From IMG/VR virus record IMGVR_UViG_3300045988_149609: a stretch of DNA of 64,000 bases. The stretch is one strand, 5' to 3'. The position numbers and the translations under genes are program-made. This document shows, in pieces, positions 13,789 through 24,006 of this stretch; position 1 is the first letter of the stretch, and every line of letters starts with the position of its first letter. The notes beneath the pieces were generated by a model. The model did no database searches, had not been told where the DNA came from, and saw only the letters and a program-made list of their open reading frames with translations. The stretch is from a virus.

Positions 13789-16048
13789 TTTAAATAAACT
13801 TACAGAAGATACTATTATTCCTACAAATAAATATCAAACACCAATTACTAAACAATTATTAGAAAAATATCCACAAGAAGTACAAGAACAATTTTTAAAT
13901 TTTGTAAGAAATGTACCATATATTAAAAATTTAATATCTCCTACAAGACCTCATGCAAAAGATTGTAAAAGAGATAAAAATGGAAGAATTATTATTGATT
14001 TAACTAATCCAATATTACATGATAATATGGATTATTTTAGACCTACTGCTATTAATTATCAAAAATATGGTAAAATAAATAATCTTAGACCAAATCCTAA
14101 TCCCAATAGTGAATATGGAAAATGGATTAGAGAAGAAATAAGAAGATGTTATTATGGGTATACAAGAGAATCAGATGGTGATTTTGTTACAGGAGATATG
14201 TATTTCTTTTTAAATTATTGTCCAATTCTTTTATCTAAAATTGTAGATCAAAAGAAAGCTTTACGTGTTTGGGATTTTCCTGAATATTGGGAGGGACATA
14301 ATTTAAAATTTAATTATATAGAACAAGCTAGAAATCATGGACATCATGGTGCAGAATTAGCTTCAAGAGCAAAAGGTAAGTCATTTTCATTAGCTGCAAT
14401 GACAGCAAAAAGATTTATTTTAGGGGAATCTCCTAAAGTAAATAGAGAAGTTAAATGTTTAATTACTGCCTATCAAAAAGAATATTTAACAAAAGATGGA
14501 ATATTAAATAAGTTTCAATCATATATTGATTTTTGTGCGCAAAATACTGAATTTCCATCAAGAAGAATTAAATCTTCTTTAAATGAAATGGCATGGAAAA
14601 TGGGCTATGTTGACCTTGATACTAATACTCAAAAAGGAACTTTAAATGAAGTATTGGGTGTATCTTCAAAAGATGATGAATCAAAATTAAGAGGTAAACG
14701 TGGTGTCTTAATAGGAATTGAAGAATTTGGTTCATTTCCTAACTTATTAGGTTTATATGGTACGTTAAGACCCTCAGTAGAAGAAGGTGATCTTACTTAT
14801 GGATTAATATGGGCACAAGGTACAGCTGGTGATGATACTTCAGATTTTGCTGCAGCTCAAGAAATTATGTATAATCCTATTGGTTATAATATGGAACCTA
14901 TACCTAATGTTTATGATATTGAAGGACAAGGTAGAAAGTTTTTTACTTATTTTTTTCCTGGATATATAAACAGAAAAGGTTGTTATGATAAAGATGGAAA
15001 TAGTGATGTAGTAAAAGCACTTTTAGAAATACTTATGAATAGATATATGGTTAAGTATAATTCTACAGACATTAACGCTATTACTAAAACTATTTCTGAA
15101 ACACCTATAACTCCACAAGAAGCAATTATTAGAACAAAAGGTAATATATTTCCTGTTACTGAATTAAATAATAGATTGAATGAAATTGATAATAATCCTT
15201 CATTTTATGATCAAACTTATGTAGGAGATTTAGAATTAAATAATAAAGGAGAAGTAGAATTTGTAGCTACTAATGATAAACCTATTAGAGAATTTCCATT
15301 AAAAGATAATAATGCAAAAGGTGCTATTGAAATATTTGAAATGCCTGTTAAGATTAAAGATAAAGTACCAAATGAAAGATATATTTTATCTTTAGATAAC
15401 GTAGAAAATGATGTTGCTCAATCTATGTCATTAGGTAGTATATTAGTATTAGATCTGTGGACTGATAGAATAGTTGCTGAATATACAGGTAGACCTATGT
15501 TTGCTGATGATTTAAATGAAATAGCAAGAAAAATGTGTCTTTTTTATAATGGACGTATTATGGTAGAAAACAATAAGAAAAATACTTTTTCTTATTTCAG
15601 TAGAATGAATAGTTTACATTTAATGGCAGATTGTCCTGAATATCTTAAACAAAAGCAAATTATTAAATATAGCACATTCGGTAATAGTAGTAAAGGTATT
15701 ACAGGTACTCCAGCTATATTTAACTTTGCTTATACTTTAATTAGAGATTGGTTGCTAAAACCTATTACTATTACTAAAGAAGAAGGAGGAGAAACTATAG
15801 AATATACTGTACCAAATCTTCATTTTATTAATAATAGGGCATTACTTAAAGAGCTTGTTCTTTTTAATCCAGATATAAATGTAGATAGATTAAAATCATT
15901 GTGTCAATTAATGTTATACAGAGAAGAAAAGATGATTCTTTATCAAAACAATATAAGTAATGCTCAAAATAGAGATGATGATAAGGATTTAAGTAATGAT
16001 CCATTTTTTAAAGACAATTATGATAATAAAGAATCAATATGGGTATAA
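13772..16048 (+). CDS. terL: terminase large subunit (758 aa)
   Basis: Walker A-like SRAKGKSFS, Walker B-like VLIGIEEF and a C-terminal nuclease-like acidic cluster (ILVLDLWTD). Its size and its position before the portal fit TerL. Confidence 0.6.
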   Translation: MKEETNLNKLTEDTIIPTNKYQTPITKQLLEKYPQEVQEQFLNFVRNVPYIKNLISPTRPHAKDCKRDKNGRIIIDLTNPILHDNMDYFRPTAINYQKYGKINNLRPNPNPNSEYGKWIREEIRRCYYGYTRESDGDFVTGDMYFFLNYCPILLSKIVDQKKALRVWDFPEYWEGHNLKFNYIEQARNHGHHGAELASRAKGKSFSLAAMTAKRFILGESPKVNREVKCLITAYQKEYLTKDGILNKFQSYIDFCAQNTEFPSRRIKSSLNEMAWKMGYVDLDTNTQKGTLNEVLGVSSKDDESKLRGKRGVLIGIEEFGSFPNLLGLYGTLRPSVEEGDLTYGLIWAQGTAGDDTSDFAAAQEIMYNPIGYNMEPIPNVYDIEGQGRKFFTYFFPGYINRKGCYDKDGNSDVVKALLEILMNRYMVKYNSTDINAITKTISETPITPQEAIIRTKGNIFPVTELNNRLNEIDNNPSFYDQTYVGDLELNNKGEVEFVATNDKPIREFPLKDNNAKGAIEIFEMPVKIKDKVPNERYILSLDNVENDVAQSMSLGSILVLDLWTDRIVAEYTGRPMFADDLNEIARKMCLFYNGRIMVENNKKNTFSYFSRMNSLHLMADCPEYLKQKQIIKYSTFGNSSKGITGTPAIFNFAYTLIRDWLLKPITITKEEGGETIEYTVPNLHFINNRALLKELVLFNPDINVDRLKSLCQLMLYREEKMILYQNNISNAQNRDDDKDLSNDPFFKDNYDNKESIWV

Positions 16049-16092
16049 ATTAATAAAGTTATAATTTATTTGTTTATATTGATAAAATGTTA

Positions 16093-16100
16093 TAATTTTG
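16093..16100 (+). promoter_or_regulatory. -7 promoter box TAATTTTG(CA)
   Basis: Located 22 nt upstream of portal ATG 16122. Confidence 0.4.
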
Positions 16101-16121
16101 CATCAAATAATTTAAAAAATT

Positions 16122-18536
16122 ATGAGTGAATTTGTACAATTTCCTCCACAGCAATTATCTTTTAATAAAAAGACTAAAGCTTGGAGAAAAACTGTATTAG
16201 ATTGGGCTGACACCAAATCATTTACTCATTATTCACCTGTAAGAAAAAGTGTATTGCATAAGAAAATCAATTATGATTTACTTAATGGTGTACTACATAT
16301 GAAAGATTTAGCTCAAATAATAAATCCTGAAGATTTAAAAGCTAAATATATTCCTGAAAAAATACAACATTTTCCTATTATAAATAGTAAATTAAATGTA
16401 TTAATAGGTGAAGAATTAGGAAGAGTTTTTGATTATAGAGTTGTAGTTACTAATCCAAATGCAGTATCAGAAATAGAGGAAAATAAGAAACAACAAGTTC
16501 TTCAACAAATACAACAAGAAATAGAAAATCAATCACAATCTCAAGAAGAATTTCAACAAAAGCTTGAGAAAATGAATGAATATTTTACATATGATTGGCA
16601 AGATATGAGAGAGCAAAGAGCTAATTATTTACTTAATCATTATGTAAAAGAATATAATATGCCACTTATATTTAATAAAGGCTTTATGGATGGTCTTGTT
16701 GTAGGTGAAGAAATTTATAGATGTGATATAAGAGGTGGAGAACCAATTATTGAAAGACTTAATCCAAACAAAGTATATGTATTTAAATCAGGTTATTCTA
16801 ATAAAATTGAAGATGCTGATGTAATAGTTATTGAAGATTATTTATCTCCTGGTCAAATTGTAGATAGATATTATGATTCTTTATCAGCAAAAGATAGAGA
16901 TTATATAGAAAAGTTACCTTATAATAATACTTCTACTCAAGGAGATGAGGAGGAACCAAGAAATGCTTGGATTTCTGCAGATTTAGTTGGAGATGATAGT
17001 AGAAATTTCTTTTCTAGTATGTTAGAATTTACTGATGGAAATACAACAGCCATTGATACTCCTTTTGATATGTATGGTAATATTAGAGTATTACAAGTAT
17101 ATTGGAAGTCAAGAAGAAAAATTAAAAAAGTAAAATCTTATAATCAAGAAACAGGTGCTGAAGAATTTAATTTTTATCCTGAAAATTATGTTTGTGATGA
17201 AGCTAAAGGTGAAGAAGAAACTACTTTTTGGATTAATGAAGCATGGGAAGGTACTAAAATAGGTAAAGATATTTATGTAAATATGAGACCTAGAGTTGTG
17301 CAATATAATAGATTGAGTAATCCTTCAAGATGTCATTTTGGTATTGTAGGTTCTATTTATAATCTTAATGAAGATAAGCCTTTCTCTTTAGTAGATGTGA
17401 TGAAACCTTTTAGTTATTTATATGATGCAATTCATGATAAACTAATAAGATTAATGTCAAGAGATTGGGGTATTCTTCTTCCTGTTGACTTAGCTAAAGT
17501 TCCTGAGCATTGGGATATAGATAAATGGCTTTATTTTGCTAAAGCAAATGGTATTTTTGTTACAGATAGTTTTAAAGAAGGTAATAAAGGTGCAGCTACA
17601 GGTAAACTTTCTGGAGCATTAAATAATGCATCAAGTGGTGCAATTAATGCAGAATTAGGTAATTCTATTCAAGCTTATATTAGTATGCTTGAATATATTA
17701 AAACTGAAATGTCTGATGTAGTTGGTATTAATAAACAACGTGAAGGACAAATTGCAAATAGAGAAACAGTAGGTGGTGTAGAAAGAGCTACTTTACAATC
17801 TTCTTATATTACTGAATATTTGTTTAATACACATGAAGATGTTAAAAGAAGAGCTATAGAATGTTTTTTAGAAACAACAAAAGCTGCTTTAAAAGGAACA
17901 AATAAAAAGTTTCAATATATATTACCTGATGGTGCTTCAAAGATATTAGATATAGATGGAGATGAATTTGCTGAAAATGATTATGGTTTAGTTGTAGATA
18001 ATAGTAAAGGTACACAAGAACTTAATCAGAAACTTGATACTCTTGCACAAGCTGCTTTACAAAATCAGTCATTAAATTTCTCTACTATTATGAAATTATA
18101 TAGTAGCGCTTCTATGGCTGAAAAAGAAAGAATGATTGCATTTAATGAACAACAATTACAACAAAGACAACAAGAGCAAATGCAACAACAGCAACAGATT
18201 CAACAACAACAGATTCAACAACAAGCTGAAACAGCTCAAGCTAAAATGGAACAAGATTATAAAATTGCACAAGAACGTAATGAAACTTCAATTGTTGTTG
18301 CTCAAATTAATGCTCAAGCTGAAGCACAACGTTATGCTTTATTAGATAATCAAAATGATGGTGTACAAGAACCTATTTTTAGTGAAGAAGCAAGAGCTAA
18401 ATTAAATGAATCTATTAGACAATTTGATGCTAAATTGAAATTAGATAAAGAGAAATTAGCATTAGATAAAACAAAAGCTAGTAGAGATTATGATATAAAA
18501 AAGAAACAATTAAAAAATAAAAATAGCAATTCATGA
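16122..18536 (+). CDS. portal protein (804 aa), tentative
   Basis: Large ORF immediately after TerL. The Q-rich C-terminus is encoded by a tandem DNA repeat. Confidence 0.5.
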   Translation: MSEFVQFPPQQLSFNKKTKAWRKTVLDWADTKSFTHYSPVRKSVLHKKINYDLLNGVLHMKDLAQIINPEDLKAKYIPEKIQHFPIINSKLNVLIGEELGRVFDYRVVVTNPNAVSEIEENKKQQVLQQIQQEIENQSQSQEEFQQKLEKMNEYFTYDWQDMREQRANYLLNHYVKEYNMPLIFNKGFMDGLVVGEEIYRCDIRGGEPIIERLNPNKVYVFKSGYSNKIEDADVIVIEDYLSPGQIVDRYYDSLSAKDRDYIEKLPYNNTSTQGDEEEPRNAWISADLVGDDSRNFFSSMLEFTDGNTTAIDTPFDMYGNIRVLQVYWKSRRKIKKVKSYNQETGAEEFNFYPENYVCDEAKGEEETTFWINEAWEGTKIGKDIYVNMRPRVVQYNRLSNPSRCHFGIVGSIYNLNEDKPFSLVDVMKPFSYLYDAIHDKLIRLMSRDWGILLPVDLAKVPEHWDIDKWLYFAKANGIFVTDSFKEGNKGAATGKLSGALNNASSGAINAELGNSIQAYISMLEYIKTEMSDVVGINKQREGQIANRETVGGVERATLQSSYITEYLFNTHEDVKRRAIECFLETTKAALKGTNKKFQYILPDGASKILDIDGDEFAENDYGLVVDNSKGTQELNQKLDTLAQAALQNQSLNFSTIMKLYSSASMAEKERMIAFNEQQLQQRQQEQMQQQQQIQQQQIQQQAETAQAKMEQDYKIAQERNETSIVVAQINAQAEAQRYALLDNQNDGVQEPIFSEEARAKLNESIRQFDAKLKLDKEKLALDKTKASRDYDIKKKQLKNKNSNS

Positions 18537-19543
18537 AAAAAATAAAAGATATAATATTATCTGATAAAACACCAATGGATAAAAACTCATTGTGGCTGAA
18601 AGATGGTAATTTGAAATATTTTGAAGGTGTATGGAAAAATATTGATACTTCAAAAATGTTAACTAATACTTCTGATATTATTTTAGATTTTGAAAAATGT
18701 TCAACGGAAAATAAAAATGATGATATCAAATATTTAAAAAATTTTATAGAACAAGGAGAAACTTGGGCTAAAAATAATGGTACATATGAATCAAATGCAA
18801 GTGAAGCTGTATTTAGTTTTCCTGTTTTAATGAAAGATCATTATATGTTGATACCAAGTGTTGCTTATTCATTAAATAATGAAACGGTAGTATTTACAAA
18901 ATCACAATATATATATTATCCTTATATCGATTCTATAGGAGAAAATGACATTTTTGTAAATCAAAGTTGTATTATTACAGGTAAGATTACGATTGATTTA
19001 AATAAATCTAATTATTTTGAAAATACACTTGATATGGATTCTGAAGACCTAACAGCCAGGTTATTAAAAATTTCATTTACTGATAATAATCAAACACAAC
19101 TTTCACGAGAAAGTTTATTAGCAATCCGAAAGGAACTTGACAATGGCCCATGTTCTTGTATTTTAAATGGAGTTGTTGTTTCTTGTAGACTGAGTGATGG
19201 TTTTAATGATGGTTTTAAGGATAATATTATTATTACATCATCTATAAAATATGGCAATCCTAAGGTTGATACTTCAGGTGGTAAGGCAGAAGAAAATATA
19301 TACAAAAATTATGATAGTATATTTAATCTTCTTATTGATTCTGAATCAGGGAGAGTATTAAGAAAGAATCAACAAGTAAATGGGCCTATTGCAGGTATGT
19401 CTGCAAGTCCAGGTATGGTTAAGCAAATGCCTAAGATTCCAGCTTTACCTCCATATGCAACATTAGCTACCGTAATTGATTCTTATAATACACTTTTAAC
19501 TAAATTACAAGATGCATATATGATGGCAAAAAAAGAAAATTAA
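18533..19543 (+). CDS. virion-module hypothetical protein (336 aa)
   Basis: ORF overlapping the portal stop. Confidence 0.5.
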   Translation: MKKIKDIILSDKTPMDKNSLWLKDGNLKYFEGVWKNIDTSKMLTNTSDIILDFEKCSTENKNDDIKYLKNFIEQGETWAKNNGTYESNASEAVFSFPVLMKDHYMLIPSVAYSLNNETVVFTKSQYIYYPYIDSIGENDIFVNQSCIITGKITIDLNKSNYFENTLDMDSEDLTARLLKISFTDNNQTQLSRESLLAIRKELDNGPCSCILNGVVVSCRLSDGFNDGFKDNIIITSSIKYGNPKVDTSGGKAEENIYKNYDSIFNLLIDSESGRVLRKNQQVNGPIAGMSASPGMVKQMPKIPALPPYATLATVIDSYNTLLTKLQDAYMMAKKEN

Positions 19544-19554
19544 AATGTTGAATT

Positions 19555-20685
19555 ATGATATTTACAAGAAGTGATTATGAAAAAATACAGCAATGGTTAC
19601 TATTAAATTCAAAGAAAGATAGCGAGTTTCAATATTTTAATTTTAATAATTTAAATAATAATTATAATTTAGAGTTTTCTGGAATTAGTCAAAACTTAGA
19701 AACTACAAATTATGATAATTATAGAATTAAATTTGAAGATCTTAGGTCTTATTTAAAGCAGTCTTATTCAAATGAATTTCTTACTAGAGATTATACATAT
19801 GCTTCATATGTAAAACCTTTTGATGTTTATTTTGATAAAAGTCAAAATAGTTTCTTTAAAAATTGGTTTAAACTAACATTAGGTAAAGAACCAGTTTTAG
19901 GAATAGAAAGAAAGAGAGATACTGAAGATTATGTTTCATTAGTTAGAATTTCAGAACACCCTACTACAGAACTTAATCCTAATGAAGATCATTGTTCTTA
20001 TGGAGGTGAAATTAAGATTTTAGGTTATGATGATTATACAAAATCATTTGAAGAAGATCCTAAATATGTTAATTTAAATAGACATAATTCTTTTGAAATA
20101 AGAATAGGAACAAGAGCAGAACTTGGTGTAGGTGTTTATCCTTCAAATTATATTGAAGAAGATAGAGGTGAAATACCTAAAGATTTCAAAGGACTTTATA
20201 TAAACAATGAAGATAATTATACACCACATAAAACTACAAATGCAGGTGTTTATATTAGAGGAGCTAAAGAAAATGAAATTCTTACAGCACAAGGTTCTAA
20301 AACTATAAATCCTGTACTATATTTAGGTGATTTAAATTTATCATTGGAGGAAATTGATGAAAAATATCTGATTAATCCTAAAATATGTTTTAATAAAGAG
20401 ATATCTACTATTACTTTTATAAATACTATAAAAAATAATAAAACTAAAGCATTAAGTACGGTATTTCAAGTTAATAGTGAATTAAATGCTGATGGGCATA
20501 ATATAAAAGGGGTTACTCAATATTTATTTATAAATAGTCAAATAATAAAATGTAGAACTTTTTCAATGATAGACAATATATTATATAAAAGTAACTGGAA
20601 AATTTTAAGTAATATAATAACAAGAAATGGTACTTATTCTTTATTTAATAATACAGATATTGATACAAGAATAATTGCTGAATAA
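19555..20685 (+). CDS. virion-module hypothetical protein (376 aa)
   Basis: ORF. Confidence 0.5.
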   Translation: MIFTRSDYEKIQQWLLLNSKKDSEFQYFNFNNLNNNYNLEFSGISQNLETTNYDNYRIKFEDLRSYLKQSYSNEFLTRDYTYASYVKPFDVYFDKSQNSFFKNWFKLTLGKEPVLGIERKRDTEDYVSLVRISEHPTTELNPNEDHCSYGGEIKILGYDDYTKSFEEDPKYVNLNRHNSFEIRIGTRAELGVGVYPSNYIEEDRGEIPKDFKGLYINNEDNYTPHKTTNAGVYIRGAKENEILTAQGSKTINPVLYLGDLNLSLEEIDEKYLINPKICFNKEISTITFINTIKNNKTKALSTVFQVNSELNADGHNIKGVTQYLFINSQIIKCRTFSMIDNILYKSNWKILSNIITRNGTYSLFNNTDIDTRIIAE

Positions 20686-20703
20686 TATATAAAATAAATA
20701 AAA

Positions 20704-21828
20704 ATGGGAAAAATAAAAAATAAAGTTTTTGGTTTAGTTGTAAGTAAAAATGTAACTGATTCTTTAGCTGATAGTATAAAAGATAACAATCAAGCTAATT
20801 TTTATTTAGCTCAAGATAAGCTTCCTAATGGACAAGCTCTTGATGATGTTACAAGTCCAAATGAATTAACAGATAGAAATGTACTTATTATAAACGGTAA
20901 TAAAATTCAAGGTGTTAATCAAAAGGATCTTTCTAAATTAGATGCTATTACTGATGTAAGTAAGCTCTTTAAATATAAAGGTTCTGTTGCAACAGGAGAT
21001 GAACTTTTGAAAAAAGTTCCACCTGAAGCAGAAGTTGGAGATGTATGGAATGTGGAGCAAGAATGTGAAATTGATGAAGTTAAATATCCAGCTCATACTA
21101 ATTTTGTTTGTTCTTCTGCTAAAGCATCTATTGCTGGGAAACCTGCTTCTTCTACTTGGGACTCATTAGGCGGTACTATGCAAATGGGTACAGGAGCGGA
21201 GGCTCACAAAAATGATGAACATATACTTACATATTATACTTATGATCCGACAATACCAATAACTCAATTTTCTTTAATGTTGTCTGACAATGGAGGTTTA
21301 TATGTAAATTCACAGAATCGGTTAGACCTTAATCATAATAATGCAGATGAACAACGTATTATTGCTGTAAACAATCGTTCACAGCAATTGATTTATAAGA
21401 GAAAGCCAAATTCCATCATAGACAATATTTCAATTCGAGTAGGTACACCTTTATGCATAAGTACAAATAATGAAATAGAATTAAAAGTTGGTACTGGCTT
21501 AGCTGTTGACGATAGTTATACTGGTTCTGTTTATTTGAATTTAAAGTCAGATCCTAAAGTCACAGCCCTAGATCATAAATACGAAGGTAGTGGTCTTTCG
21601 TATGATTCTAATCAGGCATTATCTATTTCATTAGCTACTTCAGCAGTTTATTACAATGATATAATTCCTAACGGTTTAGGACTAGCAACTTATGCTGGTA
21701 CAGCAGCAGGTCACGCAACTGGAGGTCTTTACATATCTGAATCAGCAATTGTTGACTTTATTAAAAACGATATATCAATAAAAACATATATTAACTCCCT
21801 AATTAACGAAAAACTTAAAGCAAAATAA
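20704..21828 (+). CDS. structural protein (374 aa), fibre or receptor-binding-like
   Basis: G/A/T-rich C-terminus and locally higher GC. Confidence 0.45.
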   Translation: MGKIKNKVFGLVVSKNVTDSLADSIKDNNQANFYLAQDKLPNGQALDDVTSPNELTDRNVLIINGNKIQGVNQKDLSKLDAITDVSKLFKYKGSVATGDELLKKVPPEAEVGDVWNVEQECEIDEVKYPAHTNFVCSSAKASIAGKPASSTWDSLGGTMQMGTGAEAHKNDEHILTYYTYDPTIPITQFSLMLSDNGGLYVNSQNRLDLNHNNADEQRIIAVNNRSQQLIYKRKPNSIIDNISIRVGTPLCISTNNEIELKVGTGLAVDDSYTGSVYLNLKSDPKVTALDHKYEGSGLSYDSNQALSISLATSAVYYNDIIPNGLGLATYAGTAAGHATGGLYISESAIVDFIKNDISIKTYINSLINEKLKAK

Positions 21829-21847
21829 TAAGTAAATTAAATATATA

Positions 21848-22726
21848 ATGGAAGAGAAGAATATTAAAGTAAGTGTTGTAATTACAGCATATAATGTAGA
21901 GAAGTATATTAAAAAAGCAATTAATTCAGTATTAAATCAAACATATAAGAACATAGAATTGATTATAGTAGAAGATTGTTCAACAGATAATACACTTAAA
22001 ATCATTAAAGATTTACAAAAATCTGATACAATATTCCCTATTAATCTTGTACAACATAAAGAAAATGTTGGTGCAGGATTGTCAAGGAGAGATGGCATTA
22101 AAGCTTCTACAGGTGATTTTATAATGTTACTTGATGCTGATGATTGGCTTAATAAAGATTATATTGAACATCTTGTTGATAAACAAAAAGAAACTGATGC
22201 AGATATAGTAGGAGGAGGAATGACTTATTGTTATGAAGATACTGACAAGTTTGAGACTAAAACTTTTGGTACAACTGTAAGTGAAGGATTTCAAAAGTTT
22301 ATGGATTATAATGATGGTAAGATTGTTTTCTTAAATAATAAGATTGTAAGAAGTACTATGTATGATACAGTTGAATATTGTGATAGAAGATATGTTGAAG
22401 ATACTCCTGTTATAATGAAACTTCTTTACAATGCAAATAAAGTAGCTTATGTAAATGAAGCTGGTTATAATTATTTACAAAGAAATGGTTCTCTTTGTCA
22501 TGATTCTTCTAGATGGAAACATAATTTATTCTGTGCTTTATGCTGTGCTGAATTAATTGAATGGTTTAAGGATAAGCCAGAACCTTACAAAACAATATTT
22601 GATTTAAGTCAATTTGTTGAGTATCTTAAAGCTATGAATGAAATACAAGTAACTAAAGAAGAAAAACAAACATATATTGAAGAATATGATCAATGTATGA
22701 AATATTTAATTAGTCATATTTCATAA
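21848..22726 (+). CDS. family 2 glycosyltransferase (GT-A fold, 292 aa)
   Basis: N-terminal VSVVITAYNVEKYIKKAINSVLNQTY...IELIIVEDCSTDNT...GDFIMLLDADDWL, with a DxD motif, is a classic GT2 signature. Confidence 0.7.
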   Translation: MEEKNIKVSVVITAYNVEKYIKKAINSVLNQTYKNIELIIVEDCSTDNTLKIIKDLQKSDTIFPINLVQHKENVGAGLSRRDGIKASTGDFIMLLDADDWLNKDYIEHLVDKQKETDADIVGGGMTYCYEDTDKFETKTFGTTVSEGFQKFMDYNDGKIVFLNNKIVRSTMYDTVEYCDRRYVEDTPVIMKLLYNANKVAYVNEAGYNYLQRNGSLCHDSSRWKHNLFCALCCAELIEWFKDKPEPYKTIFDLSQFVEYLKAMNEIQVTKEEKQTYIEEYDQCMKYLISHIS

Positions 22727-22734
22727 GTTAAAAT

Positions 22735-22775
22735 AAAAAAACTCAATTATACTATTGTATAGTTGAGTTTTTTAT
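22735..22775 (+). terminator. rho-independent terminator (bidirectional-looking)
   Basis: CTCAATTATAC-tatt-GTATAGTTGAG forms an 11-bp stem with A7 upstream and T7 downstream. Confidence 0.65.
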
Positions 22776-22777
22776 TA

Positions 22778-22785
22778 TATTTTTG
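22778..22785 (+). promoter_or_regulatory. -7 promoter box TATTTTTG(CA)
   Basis: TAnnTTTG immediately after the terminator and 23 nt before ATG 22808. Confidence 0.45.
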
Positions 22786-22807
22786 CAAAGAATTTAATGT
22801 AAATGAA

Positions 22808-23071
22808 ATGGATAATTACAATAAAATTATAAATAAAAATCATGCGCCTAATTCTTTACAAATTAGTTGTTTAAAAGATATAGTTGCAGGAAAAGATTTT
22901 GAATTACAAAGTGGATTCTTAATTAAGAATAATACAGATGAAGATTTACAAGTAACTATTATTCCTTTAGATGGTGAGGAAGAGATTACTACAACTATGT
23001 ATATAGGATGGAATCCTGAATTAGTAAAGAAAGTTATTAACGCTCCTTCGGGACTTCAATACGGATATTAA
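22808..23071 (+). CDS. hypothetical protein (87 aa)
   Basis: Start moved to ATG 22808 (MDNYNK...), because the track start at 22763 lies inside the terminator and promoter. Confidence 0.45.
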   Translation: MDNYNKIINKNHAPNSLQISCLKDIVAGKDFELQSGFLIKNNTDEDLQVTIIPLDGEEEITTTMYIGWNPELVKKVINAPSGLQYGY

Positions 23072-23072
23072 T

Positions 23073-23861
23073 ATGGGAACAGCTATTACGGGAACACAAA
23101 TGCGTACACCTAAAGCTTCTGTTGTAACAGAATTACCAGATAAAGGTGTAAGTAATAAAATATATTATGTACCTAATGGTACTACAGGTGATAATAAATA
23201 TGATGAATATATTTGGATAAAAGATGCTGAACATCCTAATGGATACTTTGAAAAAGTAGGTCAGAAAGATATTGATTTAGAACCTTATGCTTTAACAGAA
23301 GAAGTTGATAAAAAACTAAAAACTAAAGTTGATAAAGTTATAGGGAAAGAGCTTTCAACTAATGATTTTACTAATGAATTAAAGCAAACACTTGAAGATC
23401 TTAATTCATGGAATTATATAGGTATTTTATCTAGTTGGAATGGTATTGCTAAATTAACTACAGAATCTACTGAAGCTGATATATTAAATGCATTAACCAT
23501 AACTCCTTTAAGAGGAAATAAAATTAATACTAAAACTGAATTATTTAAAGTTTTAGATCAATGTGCTATTAATAAGAAATTCTTAAAAGAATCCAGTACT
23601 AATGCTCATGTATTTGTAGAACATATTGGTTCTTGCTATGTAATTCAAATATTAGGTAATAAGGCAGCTGTATTAAATGGCAATTTAGTAGGAACACCTG
23701 TTCTTAGACATATTACTATTTCTGCTAATTCAAATGAAACACTTACTGTACGTAAAAATCCATTTGAAATTAAATTAGAAGATATTAATAAAAAAGTAGC
23801 TAATTTAGAAACACAAGTAAAAGATTTAACTGATAGAATCACAGCACTTGAAACTAAATAA
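23073..23861 (+). CDS. fibre-like structural protein (262 aa) with a C-terminal coiled coil
   Basis: The final ~40 residues form an LxxLxxQ heptad (KVANLETQVKDLTDRITALETK). Confidence 0.4.
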   Translation: MGTAITGTQMRTPKASVVTELPDKGVSNKIYYVPNGTTGDNKYDEYIWIKDAEHPNGYFEKVGQKDIDLEPYALTEEVDKKLKTKVDKVIGKELSTNDFTNELKQTLEDLNSWNYIGILSSWNGIAKLTTESTEADILNALTITPLRGNKINTKTELFKVLDQCAINKKFLKESSTNAHVFVEHIGSCYVIQILGNKAAVLNGNLVGTPVLRHITISANSNETLTVRKNPFEIKLEDINKKVANLETQVKDLTDRITALETK

Positions 23862-23885
23862 TATTTAATTAAAAACTATAATAAT

Positions 23886-24005
23886 ATGGGAATTAAAATT
23901 AAAGGTAGACCAAAACCTATTACTCCAAAAGCAGGTATAACTCATGGTAAGTATGCAATGGGTGGTAAATTAAAGAAAGGTGGTAAGAAATCTAAAAAGT
24001 GTTAG
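23886..24005 (+). CDS. small K/G-rich basic ORF (39 aa)
   Basis: Reads MGIKIKGRPKPITPKAGITHGKYAMGGKLKKGGKKSKKC. Not in the track. Confidence 0.25.
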   Translation: MGIKIKGRPKPITPKAGITHGKYAMGGKLKKGGKKSKKC

Positions 24006-24006
24006 T

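Noticed and set aside
17109-19305. ORFs 17109..17303 (-), 18136..18345 (+), 18478..18729 (-) and 19090..19305 (-)
   Set aside because: They lie inside the portal gene and adjacent structural genes and have low-complexity translations.
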